Shown here one piece after another: positions 33,468 to 42,391 of a stretch of 64,000 nucleotides of DNA. The position numbers were made by a program, and so were the translations under genes. The stretch is from an uncultured delta proteobacterium. Lineage in GTDB: Bacteria > Desulfobacterota > Binatia > UBA9968. Location: positions 224,001-288,000 of the forward strand of contig CAVSLC010000013.1 of the NCBI GenBank assembly GCA_963728565.1, written 5' to 3'. The notes beneath the pieces were generated by a model. The model had not been told where the DNA came from. It did not search any database and saw only the letters and a program-made list of their open reading frames with translations. Every line of letters starts with the position of its first letter. Within the stretch, counting starts at the first letter, position 1.

Positions 33468-34580
33468 TCAACCGACTCTTAACAACGTGTCCGCCGGTGT
33501 GTAATCGGATAGCAACTCGCAACCTTTTTCGGAAACGCAAAACATATCCTTGTTTTGCATGCCGAAGCGTCCGGTAATATAAACCAACGGTTCGAAAGCT
33601 CCGACCATTCCGGCTTCGACAATCTCGTCGCCGTAACGGCCCATATAGGGCTCCTCGTGGAGATGCAGGCCGATGCCATGGGCGACGAAGCTGATCGGGT
33701 CGAAACCCAATTCGCTAAACTTCGCCAGGAAGCTTTGGTAAATATCCTTGCAGCGAGCGCCGGGCTTGATCAAATCCATCACCAGATATTTGCATTCAAT
33801 CAAGTTGGCCCAGATTTTCTGCTGCTCGGAAGTTGCCTGCCCGACCACAGCGGTGCGGCACACTCCGGCCAAATAGCCATTCTTCTGGCCGAAGATTTCC
33901 ATGCGAATCAGATCGCCTTTTTGCAGCTTGCGTTCAGTAGGTCCAACGTTGGGGAATTGGCTGCGTTCGCCGGACGCGATGATCATGAGCTTGTAGTTTT
34001 CTGCGCCGCCGGCAAACAGTTCGGTCAGTAGTCGGCCGGCTAGCTCTAGCTCGCTGATACCGGGGTTGGCCCGCACCAAGGTATCGCCAATCGCCTTGTC
34101 CGTCAGCTTACTGAGTGATCTTAGGAGCGAAAGCTCACCGGCTGTTTTTATCTGACGGGCCTTATTAAAGATCGCATCGCCCGCGCTCCAGCGAGCATTA
34201 GGAAGAAGTCTCTGCAGAGTAGCGAAATCTTTAGCCGGTAGATATTCCATTTCGATGGCGAGATTACCTCTAGCGAGATCAAGATCGGTTAACGCCTCCG
34301 CTAGTTTCTCCATCGGATCATCGCTGAACTCGCGATAAATACGCAAATCATCGATGTCCGCGTGCGCTTTGACCGTGCTCGCTTCCATGTCAATGGCGAC
34401 CATGGTTAGCTGCCCATCACAGGTGACTATACAGATCGCGTGACGCCAGCGCATCAACGATTGCGAGGGCACCACAAATCCGGAGACATAGGTTACGTTT
34501 TCGGGAGAGATTGCGATCAGCGCGTCGAGTCCTTGGTTGGCGATGCGCTGCTTAAGGCGAGCGACGATTTCTTGGTCCAT
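33468..34580 (-). CDS. M24 Xaa-Pro peptidase / creatinase-fold protein
   Basis: ARQIKT, CRT, AHGIGLHLHEEP, FEP; several metal ligands look substituted. Confidence 0.85.
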   Translation of the reverse strand: MDQEIVARLKQRIANQGLDALIAISPENVTYVSGFVVPSQSLMRWRHAICIVTCDGQLTMVAIDMEASTVKAHADIDDLRIYREFSDDPMEKLAEALTDLDLARGNLAIEMEYLPAKDFATLQRLLPNARWSAGDAIFNKARQIKTAGELSLLRSLSKLTDKAIGDTLVRANPGISELELAGRLLTELFAGGAENYKLMIIASGERSQFPNVGPTERKLQKGDLIRMEIFGQKNGYLAGVCRTAVVGQATSEQQKIWANLIECKYLVMDLIKPGARCKDIYQSFLAKFSELGFDPISFVAHGIGLHLHEEPYMGRYGDEIVEAGMVGAFEPLVYITGRFGMQNKDMFCVSEKGCELLSDYTPADTLLRVG

Positions 34581-34797
34581 AAATAGCGCTGTGAATGCTT
34601 CAAGAAACCTGACTAATTAAATGCCATGAATGTCCCGGAGAATAGCTGCTGTGATTTGGACCGTCAAGGAGAGCAGCCGAACGCTCAGCGTTGATTTGAT
34701 ATTCTGGGCTGGCAGAAAAAAGGCTGCACAGCTTTCCACGCGCTATCTTCAAATGCGAGCTATCGACGGTAACTGCGAGCAGCTAGGTTTTAGAGTG

Positions 34798-35916
34798 TTA
34801 GCAAAAGCCGGCAAAATGATCGAAAGAAACTTTTCTGTCCGCCACCGCTGACCCAACGGCCTGGAGATCGGCAATATACTCGATGGAGTCAAGTTGCTGC
34901 ACGTTCTTGGGCTCGACATCCGGAAGTCCGAGACCATCCAGCCCGTGCCGCGTCAACTCGGCATTGTACCGCAGATAGGTAAAAAGCCTTGGTTGGACAG
35001 GGCCTCTCGTGCCGATCATATTGCCGACTTCGCGATCCAGCGGATCTCCGGCCAGGCATTTACCAAATACTCTGCATAGAAAATCCTGCTCGTTCAGCGC
35101 CGCTGCCATTAATGCCGAGGGTATCGAGCTGGCGTTGTAAAGCACGTTCATTTCATCCGGCCGCAGGTCGGCGTTTGCGTCCGGGCTCGTTCCGGTCCCA
35201 ACCGATACAACGAGCAGATTATCTTCGCCCACCGGCCAGTTCAGATTAAACGCTTCCACCGTAGCCATCAGGAAGGCCTGGAACGCCGGGTTGTTGTACA
35301 TCGTGATACCGCCATCGACAAAGATGAATTCCTTCTGTCCGACCCGCACCACTTCGGGCGGAAAATAGGTTGGCGCGGCGGTACTGGCCCGAACCAACTG
35401 CCACAGCGGCAAATTCAGGTTGCAATCCGCGCGCGCGCAATCGTTGTATTTGGCGCGTGGATTATTCGATATCGGCCAAGGTGAATCGGTCGAAGCGTTG
35501 CGCATGACCATCATCAGCAACCCGTCGATCTTTTCACTCCCCAGGGTGGTATCGGCGCCAAACTCCTGGCGCAGCCGGGCAGAGAGTTTTTGATCTTCGA
35601 ATTTATGCCGGTAGTAGCGATTCAGTAATGACGCTTTATCGAACATCTCCCGGCCGTTTTGCAGGTAAAAGTCACGAATACGATCGATGCTCATTCGCCA
35701 GGAGAGACAGGCGGCAATGATCGCGCCGGTGCTGGTGCCGGCAAAAAAATCGAAATAATCCGCCAGCACAAAATCGTTGCCCCGCCCTAAATTGTGTCGC
35801 AGCATATGTTCTATCTTCGCCAGCACTTCCACGGTCAAAATGCCGCGAATGCCGCCGCCGTCCAGCGCTAATATTTTCTTTGGTCCTATGGCTTTGATTT
35901 TATCCGCCAAACTCAT
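34798..35916 (-). CDS. Patatin-like phospholipase
   Basis: LALDGGGIRG oxyanion motif, GTSTG nucleophile, ASTAAPTYF, FVDGG catalytic Asp. Confidence 0.93.
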   Translation of the reverse strand: MSLADKIKAIGPKKILALDGGGIRGILTVEVLAKIEHMLRHNLGRGNDFVLADYFDFFAGTSTGAIIAACLSWRMSIDRIRDFYLQNGREMFDKASLLNRYYRHKFEDQKLSARLRQEFGADTTLGSEKIDGLLMMVMRNASTDSPWPISNNPRAKYNDCARADCNLNLPLWQLVRASTAAPTYFPPEVVRVGQKEFIFVDGGITMYNNPAFQAFLMATVEAFNLNWPVGEDNLLVVSVGTGTSPDANADLRPDEMNVLYNASSIPSALMAAALNEQDFLCRVFGKCLAGDPLDREVGNMIGTRGPVQPRLFTYLRYNAELTRHGLDGLGLPDVEPKNVQQLDSIEYIADLQAVGSAVADRKVSFDHFAGFC

Positions 35917-35929
35917 TGCCGATCTCCCA

Positions 35930-37896
35930 TCACCACAAAGTCGTTGTGTCGATCACATAAACCCTGCCTGAATACTTCTGCACGGTCTCAAACATATGCT
36001 GGGTGCCGCCGGGGCCATCGCCGCCGCTGCGGTTCCAAAGACAAACAAAGCGCACCTTCTCTGGCCCCCATGCCAGCGAAGTGTAAAGCTGCCAAAGGTT
36101 TAGCCGCGCGAACGGGTTTGCTGCCGCGGGTAGCGGTCCTAGCACTTCGGGCATCACCAACGTTGTGGTATTTGGATGAGCTTTAACTTTGAAGTAGCGT
36201 TCCGTCCAGTTGCCCGGAGCGAAGGAGACCGACTTCCGCAAAAACGTCGGCTCGTCCAAGGCTAATCGTAATTCGAGTTTGACTCCGCGCTGAAGGGCAG
36301 CTTCGGCAAACAACAGGTCGCCGCCGCATGCGCCGCCGCAGAGAGCCAGGTCCGCCGCCCCCGCGTCCAACTTTTCCAGGGTAGCCGCTATCGCCGCCGC
36401 GGCGATTTTCTCTTTATCGGCAGGAAATCGCGGCTCGGGCCGGTCCGGAGCATCGATCATATGACCGCTGAATAGCAAAACCTGTCGTGGCGCCCAGGTC
36501 TTATCTGGCGGATTGAGCCGGCTTAACGCGCGATCGAGAACCGCCAGTGCAGCTTCAACTTCCTCCGGACGAAAACCCAAAAGTCCCAGCAGCTCGAGCT
36601 GCTGGCGTGATGAATTGAGTTTGAACCAATCCTTATCAGCTACCGCGACGGCGTTCTTGTATGCCGCATCGACCGCTGGCTTCGTCCCCACCAAAACTTC
36701 CAATTCGGCTAAGCTGATGCGCGCCCAGTAATCTTTGGGATTTCTCTCCAGCGCGCCACGGATCGCCCAGCGCACGCCGCCTTCCATTTCCGTGCGCAGC
36801 ACATCGGCTTTCAGCTCATCGGCCGACAGGTGAGCCAACAAATGCAGCAAGGTCACGGCATTGATTCCTGAGTAGTAGTGCGCCGGATCTTTGCGGAATC
36901 CGGTGGAGTATGCGTTGATCGCTTCGCATAGGGTTGCGCTTTCGCTCTCAGCTTCCCGGCGCATATCGACGACAGAGCTTCCGTCGCTGCTTCCAGCAAT
37001 CCACCCACGCGTCTTTTTCCACGCGCCCGCGCATCGCCCAACTCTCGGCATCTTGAGGGAATTCATCGATCAAATCTTCGATGCACTCTTTGGCATCGTC
37101 ATGCTTTTTTAGCCGGCCGAGTAATAGGCACTTCTGCCGGCGACTCTCTAAATCTCTAGGTCGGATCGCCAGCGCCTCTTCATACTGTGCCAGAGCCAAC
37201 TTGAATTGGCCCACTGAAAGCAGCGCCCGGCCGGCCTTCTGGAGTGCCTCAAGGTGAAAAACGCGAGTAGGCGCCTCGCCGGCTAGAACAAGAATATCGC
37301 CAGGACGATTGCCTCTCCTGGCTATGTCGATCCGGTCCGCCCATCCTTCATATTGTTCCCAAAACTCTTTGGCTTCTTCGACCCGGAGAGACTTCCAATC
37401 AGGCTCGTCCAAATAGCGTAGCAGATGATAGACTGGACTCACCTTGCGTCCATACCAGGCATTGATCGTATGAATAGCGACCTCGGCTAAATTTTTCTTG
37501 TCATCCTCGAGGTACTGCGGATCGGGAATCGCTGCGGCCGGGGTGTTTTTGGCGATTCGGTAACGAACCGAACGTTCAGTAAGAACATCGAAGGGCGTTT
37601 GATCGCGCCGGCAGGTAATCTGAATCACGCCCCGCTTCCTGAGCGCATGGCGCACGCCAAGTTCGTACCAGACGTTGGGATTGTCAATGGACAAGTCGGC
37701 GACCACCAGATCCGCGAGCAGCAGTTCCTGGAACATATCCGTGCGGATATTGCCGGCCCGCATCTCTTCGTCGGCGCGAAATACTTCAAAGCCCGCCGCC
37801 TTCCAAAGCCGGTTTGATCAACTCACGAAATACCGCATTGAAGTCAATATCTTCCTTGATGCCAAAGGGCATCGCGACAAACGCATGGTGCGCCAT
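35930..37896 (-). CDS. Multidomain protein: nucleoside-deoxyribosyltransferase-like N-terminus, TPR/DUF4071 (ASK1/MAP3K TRAF-binding-like) region, SLOG-like C-terminus; two frameshifts (~37800, ~36980)
   Basis: AFVAMPFG, RADEE, ADLSIDNPNVWYELGVRHA; TPR helices and YYSGINAVTL; LFSGHMID..RFP, GGACGGDLLFAE, WNRSGGDGPGGT. Confidence 0.8.
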
Positions 37897-38332
37897 GTCA
37901 TTTCACCTCATCCGTGTCGGCGATCGTAGTCCAATGTCGGCCGACGCAGTGCTATCATCTTCTCCGCGCCAATCGGTCTCCCCGCCACATTAAAGCAGGC
38001 ATGTTCCGCTGGAAATTCTTCAGTTAAGATAGATACTCTCAACTACGCCGCAAGTATAGCTTTTTTGCCTGAGAAACGCCCGTGAATTCCACCAATATGA
38101 GTCACGTTGAGCTAAGCTCCAATCGCAAGAATGGGAATAAGCGGAAGGAGCCATGATTCTGTGGTCCTTCACACTGAATCGATATGCTTGTGGGCAACGG
38201 GAACATAGATCGGGTTTATCACCTGCCTCGAGAGCTATCCCGTCAAGACTGGCCGCCGAGACAGGATTTTTGCGCTTGGCTTTCTAGCAAAAAATTGCTA
38301 ACTAATTTGGATTCTCAACTTGGAGGGTTAAG

Positions 38333-38506
38333 GTGAATAGGAAAGAGCTGGAAATGCGCATTTGGGGCAAGACGATAGCGTCGGCGAAGAAAAAAGGAAT
38401 TATTTCGGAAGAGGAAGCGCAGTTCCTGCTAGATGAATATCTTAAAGAATTTAAGGTTAAAAATGGATGGGATGGAGTAAGTCATTTCATCCCCAGGGTT
38501 TTCTGA
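38333..38506 (+). CDS. Small hypothetical protein (57 aa), below the ORF-track cutoff
   Basis: GGAGG 6 nt before GTG; MNRKELEMRIWGKTIASAKKKGIISEEEAQFLLDEYLKEFKVKNGWDGVSHFIPRVF. Confidence 0.5.
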   Translation: MNRKELEMRIWGKTIASAKKKGIISEEEAQFLLDEYLKEFKVKNGWDGVSHFIPRVF

Positions 38507-38702
38507 GTTCTTTGCCCGCGAAACGGCTAGCTACTATAACGCTTTGGGTTTCTGCCTCTTTTTTCGAATCAAATTAGCTCGTCGTTTTCTGATGGAGCGG
38601 TCGATTCCGGATTAATCTGAGATTCTCTTCGTTTCGGCGATCTCCTTCGGCTGCGCTGTCAGGCCTTCTCGATCGCTGAACCTGTCCGACCACTGGCTTC
38701 TG

Positions 38703-39167
38703 CTATCGATTTTCCCCGGCCCGAGATTGTTGAATCGCCTCGACAATCGCGTCGGCTTCAAGACCCAGTTCCAGGGTCTCGATCAGGTCACTGTAACGAT
38801 CAGGATCTATGATCGCCTTCACTTCCGGCTCGAAGACGTGATACACGCCTAAACCCAATTCGACGCCACCGAGCGGCCCGGCATAGGTCGGATCGCCGCG
38901 GGTCATGGTTTCGAACTGCACGCGCGCCGCATCGACGTTGGGCGCGCCGAGTAGCACGACGAGATCATCCGCACCGTACTCTTCTGCAAGCTGTTTGACT
39001 CGACCTTGAACCTCAAGGTCCACCGCGCCGGCGGCAGTTCAAACAAAGCACTGAGTGGTCGCGTAGACTACCTCGGCACCCAGATTCTCGATAGCCTGTT
39101 CGATGGTATGGGCCGGCACGCCATCGCGTTCGCCGAGAATTGCGATTTTCTTGCCTCGAAGTTCCAT
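38703..39167 (-). CDS. grdA: Glycine/sarcosine/betaine reductase selenoprotein A (154 aa, Sec at UGA 39039-39041)
   Basis: MELRGKKIAILGERDGVP...TQCFV-U-TAAGAVDLEVQGRV...GDPTYAGPL: GrdA consensus with CxxU; frame continues across the TGA. Confidence 0.95.
39002..39020 (-). promoter_or_regulatory. SECIS-like hairpin of grdA
   Basis: GACCUUGA-GGU-UCAAGGUC perfect 8-bp stem starting 18 nt after the UGA, G-rich apical loop. Confidence 0.75.
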
Positions 39168-39209
39168 CAGTTCCCTTTCAATCCGACTTAGCTTGGAAAT
39201 TGATCCTTG

Positions 39210-39414
39210 TTATCCCTGCCGTCCAACATAATCAACATGTCATTTCATTTGTTATCACTGTCGCTCACCTCGCCAACATGCCGATTTCATCTTTATGGCT
39301 GCCGTTCCAATAGCACCGACATGCCGTTTTGGCGGGCTGTCACTGTCGCTCTCATCTCGCCAACATGCCCCATTTCATTTTTTATGGCTGCCGTTCCAAT
39401 AGCACCGACATGCC
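39210..39414. repeat. Degenerate tandem repeat including an exact duplicate of the grdC 3' end
   Basis: 34-bp exact repeat at 39292-39325 and 39381-39414 (period 89); five ~40-45 bp units each starting G(G/A)CATGT on the minus strand. Confidence 0.85.
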
Positions 39415-40827
39415 ATCGCTGAGCTGGGTCATCTGCCCCAAAAATAAACTGGCTCGGGCAAAAAGAAAACAGCGCTTGAATTGTCCCTGGGTTAGTTCTT
39501 GGACGGCATGCGGCACATAAGCCAGCGCCGAGGCGATATGGCCCTGGGTTGGCGCATAGCCGGGCAATCCCTTTTCTTTCATGAATGCCGCAAGATCGTT
39601 TTTTGCCAGCTTGCCCGCCTTGACCAGGACGGCCCCGAGCATCCGGTAATTTCGCTCCGCAACGTCGCCGCCGTTCGCCGGCAAGGTGATCTCCGGATTG
39701 TGCAATTCGGTGACAAATTTATCGATCGCCGGCACGCCCAGCTCTAGCCGGTTCAGCGGGTCGACAACCAGTGATTTCAGCTGCTGATCCAATGACGCGC
39801 CGGCCGATACCGGATGACGGCCGACGCCGGCCAGATTGATAATCGGGCTTTTGCCGTCATCCCGGCCAACCCAGACCGCAACTGCCGCCTGCATGTCTTC
39901 CAACACCGGAATGTTTTTTTCAAGATGGTAGAGAAACTTCATGCCGAGCTTGGGCAGAGACGATCCACCGACAACAATGATATTTTCCGCGACACCGCTT
40001 TGCACGAGCGCGGCGGCGGTGACCATCGCCGGAATCGGCGCGGCGCAAAAATCTTTAACATCGAAACCGGAAGCCATCTCACAACCGGAAAACTCGGCGA
40101 TCGCTTTGGCTAAATTGCCGCCGCCGCGCTGATAACGGTCGCCGACGGCCTCTTCCGAACAGCCCAATACAAAATCGACCTCTTGCTTCTTCAGGCCCGG
40201 GTTTCCGGCAAAGATTTCCTCAAGCGACAAAGCCGCCGAGACCTTGCCGCAGAGATTCTCCAACAACACCGTCGCAGATAGCGACTCATCTTCGTGATGC
40301 CCGTTGGCGATCCAGCCCACCGGTTCGAGCTCACTGCCAATAAACAGCTGCAGGCCGTCACCTTGAGCGATGATCGACTTCAGCTTGTTTGAGTCCATAA
40401 GATTCGGAGCAGTCGTTGCAAGCGATCTGCAAACGGTCGATTGCTGCAGAGGCGCGGCAATCTCATCCCAGAAACGGTCGAGCAAGGCAACATGTTTGAA
40501 CGGATCCGCCAGCGCGAGCAGAGCGAGAAAGAGTTTTTCGTCGACGATGCTGCCGAAGGTTTTTCGCTCCTCGGTGAGTATCGCATGCTCTCCGAACCAC
40601 GGTCGGCTGACTAACCATAGTTTCTCAGGCGCTTGTTGACCGATGAAAACCTCATTGGGCAAGTAGCCCTGCGCTTGCTGAAAGGACCTAAGACTTCGGT
40701 TCAAGTCCGCGAGACGCGCCGGATTGGCGGCAATTTCCCGTTGCGGTTTTGACCCATACCGTGTCAGACCCGGGGTATGGATCAGGACGCTGCAGGCTGC
40801 TTTTATCACAGGTGAAAAATTCGACAT
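39382..40827 (-). CDS. grdC: Glycine reductase complex component C beta subunit (FabH/thiolase-like fold)
   Basis: HTPGLTRYGSKP, LLENLCGK, CSEEAVGDRYQRGGGNLAKAIAE, FCAAP, KLGMK, ELHNPEIT, PGYAPTQGHI. Confidence 0.92.
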   Translation of the reverse strand: MSNFSPVIKAACSVLIHTPGLTRYGSKPQREIAANPARLADLNRSLRSFQQAQGYLPNEVFIGQQAPEKLWLVSRPWFGEHAILTEERKTFGSIVDEKLFLALLALADPFKHVALLDRFWDEIAAPLQQSTVCRSLATTAPNLMDSNKLKSIIAQGDGLQLFIGSELEPVGWIANGHHEDESLSATVLLENLCGKVSAALSLEEIFAGNPGLKKQEVDFVLGCSEEAVGDRYQRGGGNLAKAIAEFSGCEMASGFDVKDFCAAPIPAMVTAAALVQSGVAENIIVVGGSSLPKLGMKFLYHLEKNIPVLEDMQAAVAVWVGRDDGKSPIINLAGVGRHPVSAGASLDQQLKSLVVDPLNRLELGVPAIDKFVTELHNPEITLPANGGDVAERNYRMLGAVLVKAGKLAKNDLAAFMKEKGLPGYAPTQGHIASALAYVPHAVQELTQGQFKRCFLFARASLFLGQMTQLSDGMSVLLERQP

Positions 40828-40954
40828 AGCTGCTCTTCAGGATGTATAAAGTATGAGGCTGCCGATCAAGAGGCGAGCCCGCAGAAGAACGTTAAGAGAC
40901 GAAGATCGCTCTCACGATTGTTCCGGGCTAACAGCCTGGTGAAAAATGGGTCTT

Positions 40955-41084
40955 GCAAGCTGCTCAAAAAGACCTCAGAGGTAAGGCGCGCGAAGTCCGA
41001 TGAGCTGAGGCGTACGTTTCAGTACGTCGAAGCGAGTCGCGCGAGCGCAACGACACCTATGAGTCATTTTCAGCAGCTTGCTAG
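40955..41084. repeat. ~130-bp structured repeat (MITE-like), copy 1
   Basis: Terminal inverted repeats GCAAGCTGCTCAAAAAGACCTCA / TGAGTCATTTTCAGCAGCTTGC; internal CGTAC..GTACG hairpin; ends in CTAG. Confidence 0.85.
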
Positions 41085-42385
41085 TAGGCATTGCAGATCC
41101 AGCATTCCTTACCCCAATTATCGACACCGCCAATCACCATATCGCGCGCGTCAAAGGTGAGTTTTCCTTCGGCCTGCGCCACCGGCGCGCCAGGGTAGCT
41201 GAGAATCTGCACCCGGTCGTACGGGCCGACCAGACGTTGGGCTTCGGGCAGCTCCAACCAGCGGTCGCGGCTCCCAGTGCTTACCACGGCGTCGGCTTCT
41301 GGAACATAGAACAGCAGCGGCGAATCAACTCCGTCCTTGCCGCCGTACTCATAGGTTACCAGCACCGTGGCGATCCCGCGCAGTTCACACGCGCGCACCG
41401 TCAGCATCACGTCCACGAAGGCGTTACCGGAACCTAGCCAGGCCACGATCGCCCCCTGCGCACCAAGAGTCGCCGCCAGTTGCGCGGCGTTTTGGGCGAT
41501 CACTTCCTTGCCATGAAAAGTCTCGTAACGAATGCGTTGCAAAATCATACCGCTGAAATTCAAGCGCCGGCCGTGATCGCGGTAAAGCGCCAGCACCAGA
41601 GGATGATTCTGCCAATCCCAGGTAATCGGAAAATAACCGATGCCGCGGGTGGCATTGACTGCCATGGCACAGTCGAGCAACTCGTTGGGATGAACCACGG
41701 TCGAGAGCGATTCTCGTATCGGCAGACCGTAATAGCTCACACCTGAATGAACATGATGATCGTCGGTCAAACAGCCTTGAACCAAGACCACGTTCGGCAA
41801 ATCCGCATGCCTTTGGCTGAGATCGAAAACCTCTACGTTCTCGGCCTCAATGCCGATGGTCGTCTCGGCAACACGGCGGGCAACTTGGAACTCAGCGGTT
41901 TGAATTGCCGTGTGCGCATCGAGTTCCGAAAGCCCATCGCGCAGCTTCATGATCAACACCAGATGCGAAAGGCCGCCAAATTTTGACGCCGCCGCGCCCG
42001 CTCCCCATGTATCGAGGAGGGCGCTTCGCTGCACGCCCAGTCCGGCTCTAACGGTTCCCTCGTACGCCGCCGTCGCGATCACAGCCATGCCGGATAAGCG
42101 ATGGGTGCGACCGGCGCCGACCGCTTCCACCGGTCCGAGTATCCCGGGAAACACCTGACCGTTGCCGCTAACTTTCACCCGGGGCTCAACGATGTCGCGA
42201 ATACCGGTGATGCGCACCTTGTCGCCAGGACAAACCACAGCCAAGGATGCTTCGGCGATTCGCCCGTCACGCAGGATTATTTCCTCCAGCGCAGGTTGAT
42301 CGATCGCGAGCGTTCCGGCGCGGTATTCAAATGTCCGGCCCAGACGGATCTCTTTGACCGGGTAATCAGCCAGTTCGAGTCGCAT
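41081..42385 (-). CDS. Glycine/sarcosine/betaine reductase component B GrdE/GrdI-like subunit, paralogue 1
   Basis: MRLEL, PGDKVRI..IRDIVEPRVKV, FPG, HPNELLD, QNHP, GSGN, EYGGKDG; collinear with GrdE. Confidence 0.9.
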   Translation of the reverse strand: MRLELADYPVKEIRLGRTFEYRAGTLAIDQPALEEIILRDGRIAEASLAVVCPGDKVRITGIRDIVEPRVKVSGNGQVFPGILGPVEAVGAGRTHRLSGMAVIATAAYEGTVRAGLGVQRSALLDTWGAGAAASKFGGLSHLVLIMKLRDGLSELDAHTAIQTAEFQVARRVAETTIGIEAENVEVFDLSQRHADLPNVVLVQGCLTDDHHVHSGVSYYGLPIRESLSTVVHPNELLDCAMAVNATRGIGYFPITWDWQNHPLVLALYRDHGRRLNFSGMILQRIRYETFHGKEVIAQNAAQLAATLGAQGAIVAWLGSGNAFVDVMLTVRACELRGIATVLVTYEYGGKDGVDSPLLFYVPEADAVVSTGSRDRWLELPEAQRLVGPYDRVQILSYPGAPVAQAEGKLTFDARDMVIGGVDNWGKECWICNAY

Positions 42386-42391
42386 GCTTGC

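Noticed and set aside
32677-33504. 275-aa plus-strand ORF and similar long antisense ORFs (e.g. 54220-54816, 57895-58506)
   Set aside because: Shadow frames of well-supported minus-strand genes in GC-rich sequence.
39210-39414. Possible mini-CRISPR array (34-bp repeat)
   Set aside because: Only two exact copies, one being the grdC coding end; the intervening sequences resemble each other; no cas genes in the window.
41081-41083. Pyrrolysine readthrough of the grdE TAG stops (also 43984-43986)
   Set aside because: The proteins end at the normal GrdE C-terminus (paralogue 3 ends at the same position with TGA), and the downstream sequence is a repeat element.
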